Below are positions 28,061-40,143 of a DNA stretch of 64,000 nt, in pieces. A program made the position numbers and the translations under genes. Under the pieces are notes generated by a model. It was not told the DNA's origin. It did not search any database and worked only from the letters and a program-made list of their open reading frames with translations. The stretch spans positions 314,340,001 to 314,404,000 of the forward strand of contig OZ024742.1 in assembly GCA_964016885.1 (NCBI GenBank). Reading direction: 5' to 3'. The DNA comes from Eledone cirrhosa. Its lineage: Eukaryota. How positions within the stretch are numbered: position 1 is the stretch's first letter; every line of letters starts with the position of its first letter.

Positions 28061-28881
28061 AGAGATTGTACATATGGCAATGGTATATATAGATACAACG
28101 TAGAATCAAAACAATAACATCAATAATAAAATATAATGATAAATAGGTAAAGAAGTTACAGATGCAAAAAAAATAAGTTAAAAAATGGGTAAAAAAAGTA
28201 CAGAATAAGATTGCTGATAATAGTGCTGGTAGTGAGAACGTGTATGTATAAAGATGTGAGGATGGAGATAATACTAACATGAAAAGCAACATTAGATACA
28301 TACATACGTGGTGGTCAAATCTCAGAGGCTTAGAAATAGAGAAAAAAAGGTAGTAACAAATGACAGATAAAAGATAAAAAATATTCAATTAAAAACTAAG
28401 TGACAGATACGAGGATCAGACATAAAGATATGGCTAAGGACGGGGAAGAGGGATTTTGATATGTGTGTGTGTGGTAAATGTTTAGCATGCTGATTGTCTT
28501 ATCTTAATGGGGTTCACGTGGCTTAAGGGAGAGAGAGTGAAAGAAAGGTTAGGGGATTTATGGTGTTGATCTAGTGACCAGTCGGTCAGTTGACAGCTAA
28601 TAACAGTGTGGTGGTATGTAGTCAGTACATTAAAATCCGGGTGGTTCAGCTCGAATTTTGGGATTGCTGGGTCGAATCACGTTGGTTTGACATTCGTGAA
28701 CTTGGTAGCTGCTTTGTGCCTACAGAATATTGATCTTTATATTTTGGTGTTAAGCAGCATCTTATACTTTAAAATATGGAATAGCTCCATATTACCTCTT
28801 TATCATTATATTTTATTATTGATGTTATTGTTTTGATTCTACGTTGTACCTCAATATACCATTGCCATATGTAAAATCTCT

Positions 28882-28994
28882 AGTATTCTGATGATTTGAT
28901 CAGAGGTAAACACTGTTTTTAAGGTCGAGTGACGCAACTTAGAGTGATTAGCGGCCTTTGGACTCACCTGATCAATGAAACAATTGTTAATACT
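28882..28994 (+). ncRNA. Type I hammerhead ribozyme with about 65-nt insert in stem II
   Basis: AGTATT CTGATGA T TTGATCAG [insert] CTGATCAA T GAAA CAATTG TT AATACT; palindromic stem III. Confidence 0.75.
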
Positions 28995-29043
28995 TGAAAT
29001 AAAACCCCTTGTTGTACAGCCGACCTAGTTATTCTTCAATCTT

Positions 29044-29084
<41 letters not shown>

Positions 29085-29277
29085 GCAAAAGAATAAAGGA
29101 TAACATGGTCGGCTGTACAATAGAGTTTATTTACAGTATTAACAATTGTTTCTTTAATCAGGTGAGTCTAAAAGCCGCGGATCGTTTGAAGTTACGTCAC
29201 TCGACTTTAATGATAGTCCATACTCGATCAAATAGTGAGATTACTGGATTACCTTAAACGATAACGTATTACCCTAC

Positions 29278-29327
<50 letters not shown>

Positions 29328-29869
29328 TTATTTATATATACATACATATGTATGCCTTAATGCTCAGGAATACGTGGTTCTGTGTGTCTGTGTGTGTGTA
29401 TTCATGCTTACATTAGAAGATATTTCATAAATATGGATATTTTGTGAATAGCAATTTATGGTACAATAATATCTACTCCGTTTCTGAAAGAAATAATTCT
29501 AATTCATTTCAGATATTCATCCGAGAAAATCTAATTCTATAGGAATAATATATAAATATCTGGTATCATGGCACCGTGATTTCCTTGGAGGAGGGCCCGA
29601 CATTTTATGATTTAATATAATGACTTAATTCTATTAATCATCATGTATGTTTTGTCATATTGAATGTTTCAAGCCATGAGCGATTACTATTACATCGACA
29701 AGGAAAGTATTTAGTCGGCGTAGCTGTCGGGTCTTCAGTTGCTTTTCAGCATAATTGCACTACAAGTTAAGTGAGATATTGAATAACGTCTAACGAGGGT
29801 AACAATTTCAGTTATGGATTTTCGCAAAATTAGGTATCTAGTTTTATATATATATACATATATTTATAG

Positions 29870-30062
29870 TAATAATTGTTTCTACGTTTGGCACAAGGCC
29901 AGCAATTACTCAGTGCATTACTGGTACTTTATTTTATCGACCCCGTAAGGATGAAAGGCAAAGTTAACCTCGGCGGGATTTGAACTCAGACTGGCAAGGG
30001 CCGTAACTCTATACGTCAAAGCATGGCGTCCGACCCTCTACCGATACTGCCAATCCACCGCG
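29870..30062 (-). mobile_element. Nin-domain-like SINE copy
   Basis: Reverse complement of a full SINE unit. Confidence 0.85.
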
Positions 30063-30133
30063 CTTATATATATAGTAATAATAATATATATATTTATTAC
30101 TACTATATATATAGTAATTATTACTATATATAT

Positions 30134-30246
30134 AGTAATAATAATAAATTGAAGATTAAAATCCAAAGAGGGCTTGATAAGGACAAATGTATATGAGATA
30201 TATAAGAACCGTAGAGCAAATATTTATTAAAATAACAGATTAAAGT
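30134..30246 (-). repeat. PLE family A pLTR 3'-terminal fragment
   Basis: Matches 27158-27270; similar stubs at 17938-17983 and 50362-50393. Confidence 0.75.
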
Positions 30247-31560
30247 GTATATATATATATATGCTTGATGATGTGTCTAGTTACATGTAAATCTGAAATC
30301 TATGTACTAAATAATTTCTTAACTTTCTTTTTTACTCTCGTTCTATTATATATATATAGAGAGAGATATAGAGAGATAGAGAGAGATGCGAGTTACAATC
30401 GGCACAACCACACATTTCTCTATTGCTGTTAACTTTCGTAAATCATGAAACTTGTGAAGCCGTTTAAATTATTAATTATTGTAAATAAACCTTCTTAACG
30501 ATCCCAATTTTATTTTCAACTTCTTATACATATATATAAACTGACAGTCAGTGATTAAGAATAACATGGGTGTATATGAAAGTATATAAAATATATGTTT
30601 ATATAGAATAAATATATGGTATCATTGCTATCAAGAACAAACATATGTTTGTAACCAAAAACTTAGTTTTCTCTCTTTCTTTCCGTTGATACATTAAAGA
30701 GTATTAGTTGTAGTTAAAAATGCCAGACAGCGCTGTTTCAAGATATGTTAATCTTTCATCAGTGACATTTACTCAACTTATACTAACATGGATATAGACT
30801 AGTGTCTATATAGATATTTCTATATACATATATAGCTAGCTTTCCTTCATTCCATTTATATTTTTATCCAGTTTATGTAGTTAAATAGTTAATCAGAAGT
30901 ATAACTTATGTTCGAATCTTGGTTTTTTTATATTGGTAATAGTGAGACGTTAAAAAATCAAAGATTCTAACTTAAAATAATTATCTAGTTATATCATCTT
31001 TAGATGACCATTATTAATTCTTTGCAGTTAGAATAAGTCGGACACCGTTAGAATAAGTCGGACACCCACCTTGAAGGATATGTTGTAGAACGATATTCTT
31101 TGACTGGCATAATACGAAGCAACACAGATGGTCAGAATTCCCATTTCTTGAGGAATTGATCACTATGATCTTTATTATAACTAACATGTAGGAAAAACTG
31201 CAACAGAGAAAATACTTCATTGACAAAATATAATAAGAATGAGCTATTTACATAACGCCTGGGTATGTAGACTTCAATTAATAGCATCATTTTAAACCAT
31301 AATATTTCTCAATTACATTAGTGATATAACCAGCTGCTTTGATTAATGTAAAAAATGTATTAATACATAAAATTATTTCATTTCTCTCAGTAGACTATAA
31401 TAACCATTATAGCTTTTGCTTGCAGGATTTAACAAATTATGTAGTGTATCACATACGAGTGGGCACACATCACGAACAGGTATGTGTTTACATGTATGTG
31501 TGTGTTTGTGTTTGTATCTATGAGCACGTGGGTATGGGTATATATATATATCCATATCTA

Positions 31561-31591
<31 letters not shown>

Positions 31592-32005
31592 GGGGGTGGG
31601 GGACTAAATCTTCATATACAATAACATTGACAGTTAAAAGAAGCAACGGTTAAAGTCTTGAGAAGTTGATTAAACTATGGATTTGTTAAGCGAAAATATG
31701 AAAAGGCTCTCGTTAATAATTTGAAACTTAGAACTCGCCATATCTTTATCAACACATTTCTACAGGAAAGGATTTCCTTCAGCCCGAGCTATCGCAAACT
31801 ATCGCTCTTCAAATGTTAGTTCCCCTACTACGGAAATGATAACTAGCCTATTCTGCACAGAATCAATCTAGTTAATGTCCTTATCCATTGAGTACTCTAA
31901 TGATTTGTGCTCGCACCGGTCGCAGACCCACATATTCTCTCTCTCTCTCACCCTCTCTCTCTTTCTCACTTTCTTACTTTCTCACTATGTATATATGTAT
32001 ATATG

Positions 32006-32054
<49 letters not shown>

Positions 32055-32116
32055 GTGTGTGTATGTGTGTATGTATATATATATTTATATATATATTTTT
32101 TTTATTTTATAGAAGG

Positions 32117-32167
32117 AGCTTCTACAGGACTAGTACTGTTTCATTCAGATGAAATCTTCAGGAAGCT
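32117..32167 (-). ncRNA. Type I hammerhead ribozyme (family B)
   Basis: Exact mirror of 32752-32802. Confidence 0.8.
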
Positions 32168-32751
32168 GGGTGTCATATTAAGTTCTGGTATTTATACATT
32201 TAGGTAGTGGCAAGGGAGGGGTGGTGGATGGGGGGGGGGGTATTTAGATACACAGGACCACTTCATGGCACCGGCCGTTTTTTCTATGGGGAGTGATCAA
32301 TTAGCCAGAGTGCTTTTTTGAAATAAATAAATAAGTAAATAAATAAATAAATGAATAAATAAATAGATAAATGAATAAATAAATAAAATAAATAAAGAAA
32401 TAAACAAAAAATAAATAAATAAATAAATAAAAACCCCAAGAATAGTAATTCAACAGATATATCTGTTGAATTACTATTCATGGGGTTTTTATTTATTTAT
32501 TTATTTATTTTTTGTTTATTTATTTATTTATTTTATTTATTTATTCATTTATCTATTTATTTATTCATTTATTTATTTATTTACTTATTTATTTATTTCA
32601 AAAAAGCACTCTGGCTAATTGACCACTCCCCATAGAAAAAACGGCCTGTGCCATGAAGTGGTCCTGTGTATCTAAATACCCCCCCCCCCATCCACCACCC
32701 CTCCCTTGCCACTACCTAAATGTATAAATACCAGAACTTAATATGACACCC

Positions 32752-32802
32752 AGCTTCCTGAAGATTTCATCTGAATGAAACAGTACTAGTCCTGTAGAAG
32801 CT
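32752..32802 (+). ncRNA. Type I hammerhead ribozyme (family B)
   Basis: AGCTTC CTGAAGA T TTCA TC TGAA T GAAA CAG TACTAGTC CTG TA GAAGCT; GUA triplet. Confidence 0.8.
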
Positions 32803-32919
32803 CCTTCTATAAAATAAAAAAATTTTACTCTGCCATGTATTGAGTACCTTACTTACTGTGGTTATCCCCGACTCAACCCGGGACCTACGTATTTATATAT
32901 ATATATATATATATATAGA

Positions 32920-34058
32920 TATATATTTATTAAAATAACAGTTTAAAGTATAAGCAAAGAATCGCTGCTTTCACCCTTAACGGGATCTTCTGAAACTAAC
33001 AAAGTCAATCTGTAAACGCAGAGTGAATATTTCAAAAAACGTTGCTACCGGAGTAAGACGATACTTTGGTTCGTGGAAACGTTCCCTGGCAAAGAACGAG
33101 AAAAAACGAATATAATACGTCATTATTTGGAGCGGTGAAAAATAATTACACGCAAAGACAGAACCACGTTTATGGTATAAAAGAAGTCGTAGACTAATAT
33201 TCTCTAAGGAGGTTCATAGAGACGTTCTCTGGCAATGAACAGAAAAAACGAAGATAATACGTCATATGTGGAGCGTGGTGAACAATTGCACGCAAAGACA
33301 AAACCACGTAAATGGTAAAACTGAAGTTGTAGACTATAATTCTAACTAGGAAACCGAATGAATCTCCGCTTCAGAGTTAAGAATAAAGTAAATAAAATAA
33401 ATAACATACAGAGGTAATTGAAATTAAATAAATACATACACGCATCCAAATACGTACATACACAAGCATACGCGAAAACACTCGCCATAGGTATACAAAT
33501 ACACGCACATATAGATATGTGTGTGTGTGTGTGCGTGTATACAAATAATTAAATAAATGTATATAAATAATTAAATACGTAATATAACAAGCGCACATAC
33601 ATACCTTCTGTATTTTATTTATTTTATTTACTTTATTCCTAACTCTGAAGCGGAGATTCATTCGGTTTCCTAGTTAGAATTTTAGTCTACGACTTCAGTT
33701 ATACCATTTACGTGGTTTTGTCTTTGCGTGCAATTGTTCTCCATGTTCCACATATGACGTATTATCTTCGTTTTTTCCGTTCATTGCCAGAGAACGTCTC
33801 TATGAACCACCTTAGAGAATATTAGTCTACGACTTCTTTTATACCATAAACGTGGTTCTGTCTTTGCGTGTAATTGTTTTTCACCGCTCCAAATAATGAC
33901 GTATTATATTGGTTTATTCCCGTTCCTTGCCAGGGAACGTTTCAAACGAACCAAAGTATCGTCTTCCTGTCTTCCTCCGGTAGCAACGTTTTTTGAAATA
34001 TTCACTTCTGCGTTTACAGATTGACTTTGTTAGTTTCAGAAGATCCCGTTAAGGGTGT
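32920..34058. mobile_element. Head-to-head inverted pair of PLE family A pLTR/3' UTR (no ORF)
   Basis: 32920-33606 matches 23975-24667; 33607-34058 is the reverse complement of about 32972-33410. Confidence 0.88.
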
Positions 34059-35217
34059 ATTGCGCCGTATTATTCGTATTACGCCGCATGAACAACATAT
34101 AGCGTCCAATTAACTTGAAGTGTGATGTGTGAGTCTAACAGTCAATTCTAAGATTCAAATGCAGGCAGGAATGGCATAGAGTGATGACAAGTAACAACTG
34201 CATATAACTTTATAAAATATATGTGACTATAATAAAAATGGCGGCCAAAATAAACCAACAGCAATCCTGAGGATGAGATTACGAGGGACATGAAAAGTTA
34301 AAATTATAGAATTTGAGAATGTGTTCATCAAAACTGTATTCGTCCTATTGCACCCGGTAACAAACGAAACACAGCGGATGAACGGACAAAATTGTTTATC
34401 TTCAAAAATTGTGTATAGGATGAGATTGAATATGAATTAGCCTAGGGTGCATAATTACTAAAACGAGCTGCCGAAAAGATGCATATAAGACAACATGACG
34501 AAGTAGATTCAGGGGAAATCAATGGTTTGTGTATTGATCTGCTTTTCACTGGGTCATCACATAAGGACTCGAGGAGCAGGTGAAACACCAGAGTTACAAG
34601 ATTTACTATTTAACCTTAACAAAATGAATATTTAAATTCTACCTCGGTATTGAGTACTCTTTTCTCTCAACCCTCAACTACACACATATGTGTATATATA
34701 TCTATATCGAGGCAAGATTTGTTGAAATTCAAAGAAACATTTATTGCACAATATGATCCGTAATCTGTCTCTTCCATTTTTTTGTTACGCATATCCACTT
34801 TACTTAAAACGTGAATTAGCCAACATACAACAGATACTTCTACTTCTTCTCACATATATATATAAATAAATATATATAATAAATATTTATATATACGGAG
34901 AGGGAGAGACATAACTGTGACAAATACCTGTCTCATTATTGATCTTTTCATGACACTATTTAGGCGATCCTTAGATCTTATTCTCTGTCTTTCAAATAGT
35001 AATTTCCTGATATTTAAATGTATTTTTGCAACATCTACATTTACATATACAGCATCTATTCACGAGAAAATTAATGTGCATATAGAAATAATTCCATATA
35101 GTTGCAAACAAAGAACATACATATATTACTTTGCAATTTCTGTTACGAATAATGCAAACAATACACAAAACGCATTATACACTCTGCATATTTACATATA
35201 TGTATATATAACGAAGG

Positions 35218-35411
35218 AAATGTGGTAAGGAACCAGGTGGACCATAACGCACCAAAGTACTCAATACTTAGGGTAGTAGAGTGGGTAATAGGAACCAGTA
35301 AGACCCCGACGGCTGAGCTCAAGCCGTTTCGACGGCTAATTCTGAACTAAAATTTAGTCCAGAATTAGCCGTCGAAACGGCTTGAGCTCAGCCGTCGGGG
35401 TCTTACTGGTT

Positions 35412-35416
<5 letters not shown>
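35218..35416. repeat. About 129-bp palindrome (35288-35416) of a hammerhead 3' half plus leader (family also at 23165-23250 and 62768-62865)
   Basis: GAAA CGGCT TGAGCTC AGCCG TC GGGGTC on both strands; the leader CCCACTCTACTACCCTAAGTATTGAGTACT is shared with 62795-62865. Confidence 0.75.
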
Positions 35417-35480
<64 letters not shown>

Positions 35481-35525
35481 CGTAAAATAAGAAAATTATA
35501 AAATTAACTTACTTACTAAAAAATC

Positions 35526-35608
35526 ACTTCCAACTAATTAGTTTCTGGAATGGAGTAAATATATTTTCCGAAGAAACATATGGTACATCATTCCGTCATC
35601 AGGAAAGT
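35526..35608 (-). ncRNA. Type I hammerhead ribozyme with extended stem II
   Basis: ACTTTC CTGATGA C GGAATG [insert with TTC-TTCG-GAA hairpin] CATTCC A GAAA CTAATTAG TT GGAAGT. Confidence 0.75.
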
Positions 35609-36046
35609 CTTTTTCCGTGTAAGTCTCCAGGCATAGCGAGGACTCTGGAAACTTATTAAAAAAAATTCAGTGGAAAGGAAATAGCGAAGCGAGGACTGGA
35701 TTCCTAGCCATTGAAAAAATCTCTGCCTCTACGTCTGTGGCAAATTCAAAAAGAATCTATCACGTGAGATCGAGGTCAATCAGTGGGAAGCGAGTGGTTA
35801 ATAAGACAGCGGCCTGCCTACCACCATAGTAGTAGTCATGGCCAAATATTGCTCGACAAATGAATTGGAGATAATTATAAGGAATTTATATCTAGTAACA
35901 TTTATATACACACAGATGCATATCAATGCTAGCAAATATATAGGTTTTGTCTTATTAACATTGTGGTTCAATGCATGGGGTTGCAGAACAATAATATGAG
36001 AGACGTAAAATAAGAAAATTATTATAAATGTTACTAGATATAAATT

Positions 36047-36119
<73 letters not shown>

Positions 36120-36388
36120 TAAAAAGGAAAAGTAAATGCTGACAGAATATTTCCAGTGAAAAATAGTTTAATTAGGAATAAGTATAAATTAGTAATAAGT
36201 AATGGTTAGTATTCAGTGTTAGTTTTAAGTTTCTTACTGGTTGCGCATTTCAAATGCTTTTCAAGATAGAGCGTTCGTCATTTGGTTGGTTGTTGAATGT
36301 CACGTGAATAAGCACTATAATTTTGATTGGTCGGTAGAAGTCACGTGAATGTTCAATAATAAAAAAGGTGAAATGATGTATAGTATTG

Positions 36389-36426
<38 letters not shown>

Positions 36427-37450
36427 GTCACCTCCGCCTTCTTCAAACCCATCGACTCCCACTTTCGACTTCACCTCCTCCCACTCTACACACACTAAAC
36501 ACTATTCCCTACTCCCAACTCCTCAGGATCCGCCGCCTCTGTAGCCGAGATGCTGACTTTGAGTCCCAGGGCCCTTTCCCTAGTCAGCCATTTCATCCGC
36601 AGAGGTCCCCCCTCGTCCACGCCGCCCTCACTCGCGCCCGTGCTGTCCACCAGTCCATCACCCTCACCCCACGCCACCGCACACCCACTCACCATCTCCC
36701 CTTCCCCATCACCTACCACTCCTCCACCCTACCCCTCCACAACACCATCTACCACCCCTTCCGACGCCTCTAGTCCGACCCCTCCACCTCCCACATCTTC
36801 CCAGCCCACCAAACCCCTCCTTCAAACGCGCACGCAATCTCCGCACCCTCATCGTCCGCAGCTCCCTACCCCCCAACCCACGCTCTCTTACCCCCCCGTT
36901 CCCTTCGCTGTTCCAGGCTTCGTTGCAACACCTGTTCCCACATCACCAACACCACCACTTTCCAGGGTCCCAACGGCCACTCTCTCTGTGTCCGACACGC
37001 CTTCCGCTGCACCTCCTCCAACCTAGTCTATGGACTTCGCTGCACGGAGTGCAGCGCAACCTCCATCGGACAGACTGGACGTCGCCTGGCGGACCGTTTT
37101 ATCGAACACCTCCGGGATATTCGTCTCGGCGGTAGTTCCCCCATCGCCCGCCACTTTGGCTCCCCTGGACATTCCGCGCACCACCTAACAGTCTGTGGCC
37201 TACTCCAATACCACGGAACACCCGGCACCGTCCTCAGGGTCGAACAACGCACCATCTTCACCCTACAGACCCACACTCCCCCCGGCCTGAACACCCATCC
37301 CTATTCCTTTAGCCTTAGACCGCTCTGTTCCTCCCCTCCCACACACATATCCCCCACTAACACCACTAACGCACTCCTCCTTTTCACCGCCCACCCCACA
37401 ACTAACAATAATAACACCCCCACCCAACCCCGACCACCCTCCCCCAACTA
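36427..37450 (+). mobile_element. Neptune-type Penelope-like element 3' half (RT thumb, Cys linker, GIY-YIG), decayed
   Basis: Frames not in the ORF track: FFKPIDSH, IPYSQLLRIRRLCS, and from 36906 RCSRLRCNTC...FRCTSSNLVYGLRCTECSATSIGQTGRRLADRFIEHLRDI..PIARHF..GH..PPGLN. Confidence 0.8.
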
Positions 37451-37809
37451 ATAATACTAGCATCATTCCCATTAAAAATATTTAAAATATGGAATAATAA
37501 ATTTTAGTTATAGAAATCAGCTAGTTACCTCTTCTCACGCATTAACTCCCCTTAATCACACACATACTTCCGGAAAATAAAACGATGTAAATTCTCGCAA
37601 CAAAAACAACCTGCTCTATAAAATTGGATTAAAGAACAACATGCTGTAATAATCTAACCTAATACATCAAGTTTCCAATACTGAATCATCGTAAATTATG
37701 TGAAGGACATATAATCTATATATTACGTTTCCTGGATTGTGAAAATGGTATACGAAAACCATAATATTATTTTGCTTCTCATTTTTAATATTTCTCTGCA
37801 CACAAGCTT

Positions 37810-38288
37810 CTTTATCATACATAAAAAATACTTTACCAGTACAACCCCCATAATACTCTTGCTTACCCGCTTAAAGTGCTTGTATTGCATATAACACCTT
37901 GCCGCACATTAATCTTATATAAATAAGACACACGTGCATGCCCCACGTGTAACTATTGCATACACTAACTACTTCAAACTAATCCTCTTGCATTATCTTC
38001 GTAAGCTGCCGATGTTGTATTTTAACTTTAATTTTGTTTTAATTTTCTATTAATATGATTTTAATTTTTGAATGTAAATTGCCATGCTAAATTATTATAA
38101 TGGATGTCACCCCACTGTGCATCGATATAAACATATGTTTCTGGATGTCTCTTGTGTTGGAAAGGAGGTCATCTATGTAAACAATCATTGAAAAATTGCT
38201 CCGAAGACTCCAAACCTCGGTTTGGACGAAACAATTGTAAGCTAATAAATGGTTTGAACAGAACTTTGATTCATGTGATTTCTATATA
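37810..38288 (+). repeat. Dispersed non-coding repeat with hammerhead-like motif (second copy at 44405-44858)
   Basis: Shared TCTTGCTTACCCGCTTAAAGTGCTTG...GTTGGAAAGGAGGTC...AATAAATGGTTTGAACA. Confidence 0.75.
38196..38244 (+). ncRNA. Hammerhead-like motif with CCGAAGA core
   Basis: TTGCT CCGAAGA C TCCAAACC TC GGTTTGGA C GAAA CAATTG TA AGCTA. Confidence 0.6.
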
Positions 38289-38527
38289 AATGCTCTGTAG
38301 AACAACTGATGTTATTACCTTGAGCTATTTATCTTACTGGTAATAAGGTAGTAATAAATTGCTGGCTTTCACTGTTTAGGGTTTATAATATATATAACTA
38401 TAAAAAGTTTTAGTATATACATAACCATAAATAGTATCCTTAATAATATATATTTTAAAGGATCGATCGACTTTCGTCAAATCGACCGAGGAAACAATGT
38501 TTTCGTCGGTCTTTCCAGTTGCTAGTA

Positions 38528-38614
<87 letters not shown>

Positions 38615-39250
38615 CATACATAGACACACACACACGTTTTTGTGAGACTAAGTGTGTCTATATATGTATCTCCTTATTGAACTTGACACCACCAACACGC
38701 CATCACGCCACCATAAACACCATTACCACAAACAAGAACACCACACCCACACCACACACAAAAATTAGCCACAAATATATGCCAATCTGTCTACCGACAA
38801 TCCGCCGCCCCCATGCTACCGCCCACCTCAGCCTGCGAGCGTCACCACCATATTATCATCACATCCACACCCACGTGCACTACAGGCAAAAGCATCCCTA
38901 TGTCCTATTCCACCAATCAAAACAAACTTTATTGACCAACATATGAACTTCTGACTTTATAATACAGCATGTATTCATTTTCTACTAGCATTTGAAGGTG
39001 TCCGTCGAGCCGCAGATTACAGGGTCGGGTAAGATCGATACAGATTGAGCCTGGAGCTGATCTTTGGCGAAACGCGCGTCATGTAATGAATGAGTGACCA
39101 ATCGTCCTTGTTATCATTTCACTATAATACACTCTGTATAGCTCTACACTCTGACACTGAAGCGAACCTAAACATCGTGTGCTCACCCAGGCGAACCTAC
39201 AGTAGCTCCAACTTACACTCCCTGGATATATATATATCTATATATATCTA

Positions 39251-39301
<51 letters not shown>

Positions 39302-39379
39302 CTAGTCGATCGACTTTCGTCAAATCGGACCGAGGAAACTATGTTTCCGTTGGTCTTTCCAATTGCTAATACTATCTAT

Positions 39380-39610
39380 CGGTCGCAACTCCAGGTAGAA
39401 GGAGCAACGTGAAATAAAGTGTCTTGCTCAAGGACATAACGCATCGCCTGGTTCAGGAATCGAACTCACAACCTCACGATTGTGAATCCAATACTCTAAC
39501 CACTCAACCACACGCCTTCACTCTTGTGAATCCAATACTCTAACCACTCAACCACACGCCTTCACTCTTGTGAATCCAATACTCTAACCACTCAACCACA
39601 CGCCTTCACT
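39380..39610 (-). mobile_element. tRNA-derived SINE head with 44-bp 5' unit triplicated
   Basis: Minus strand GGCGTGTGGTTGAGTGGTTAGAGT...GAGTTCGATTCC...CCTTGAGCAAGACACTTTA; unit repeats at 39481, 39525 and 39569. Confidence 0.8.
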
Positions 39611-39671
39611 ATATATATATATATATAAAGAAAGAAATATGATTTCGCTTCAAGCATAGCTTTATACAATA

Positions 39672-40095
39672 TGTATAAATATTTCGTATCTCCAAAGAAA
39701 TACAGGTTTAGGAAGCCGTAGCTATGCAAACACCGGGGGGGGGGGGGGCTTACGCCCTCTGGTGATGTCCAGCAGAAGCAAGGAGGACAACCGTCTATGC
39801 ATTTCAGGCTATTTCTTTTTTATTATAAGTTGAGCCAACTTATGCAGCTTCATATGCAAATGAGATTAATCACCTCATTTACACAGACGGGAAAAGTATA
39901 TATTCTCAGCTGTCTTCTAGTCCAGCAGTCGCAAGCGGTGGGAGGGACCGCCCTGACGAAGGCCAGTTAAGCCTGAAATGCATAGACGGTTGTCCCCCTT
40001 GCTTCTGCTGGACATCACCAGAGGGCGTCAGCTCCCCGGTGTTTGCATAGCTACGGCTTCCTAAACCTGTATTTCTTTGGAGATACGAAATATTT

Positions 40096-40100
<5 letters not shown>
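39672..40100. mobile_element. Short element with about 135-bp inverted arms and a hammerhead
   Basis: 39672-39810 inverted with 39970-40100; (TA)n beyond both sides. Confidence 0.85.
39947..39990 (+). ncRNA. Minimal type I hammerhead ribozyme
   Basis: ACCGCC CTGACGA AGGC CAGTTAA GCCT GAAA TGCA TA GACGGT; palindromic stem III ATGCAT; one C-A mismatch in stem I. Confidence 0.8.

Positions 40101-40143
<43 letters not shown>

Larger units (their letters stand above)
27893..29050. mobile_element. Non-coding element with about 250-bp inverted arms, each with a long-stem-II hammerhead
   Basis: 27893-28143 inverted with 28799-29050; AT-rich spacer; (TA)n beyond both ends; a third partial copy at 29095-29210. 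Confidence 0.8.
32096..32890. mobile_element. Spacerless palindrome (arms about 365 bp) of PLE family B pLTR plus short leader
   Basis: Centre CAACAGATAT|ATCTGTTG at 32460/32461; 32823-32890 is homologous to the leader of the ORF at 46490-46560. Confidence 0.9.

Noticed and set aside
34525-34600. Possible hammerhead remnant upstream of the ATTGAGTACTCT motif
   Set aside because: Stem II and GAAA are present but the CTGANGA core is unrecognisable
36225-36272. Hammerhead-like remnant on minus strand (TTGAAAA GCATT..AATGC GCAA)
   Set aside because: Both core halves are mutated; cannot be supported
36550-37026. Pro/Ser/Thr-rich mucin-like ORF
   Set aside because: Off-frame reading of a C-rich PLE fragment
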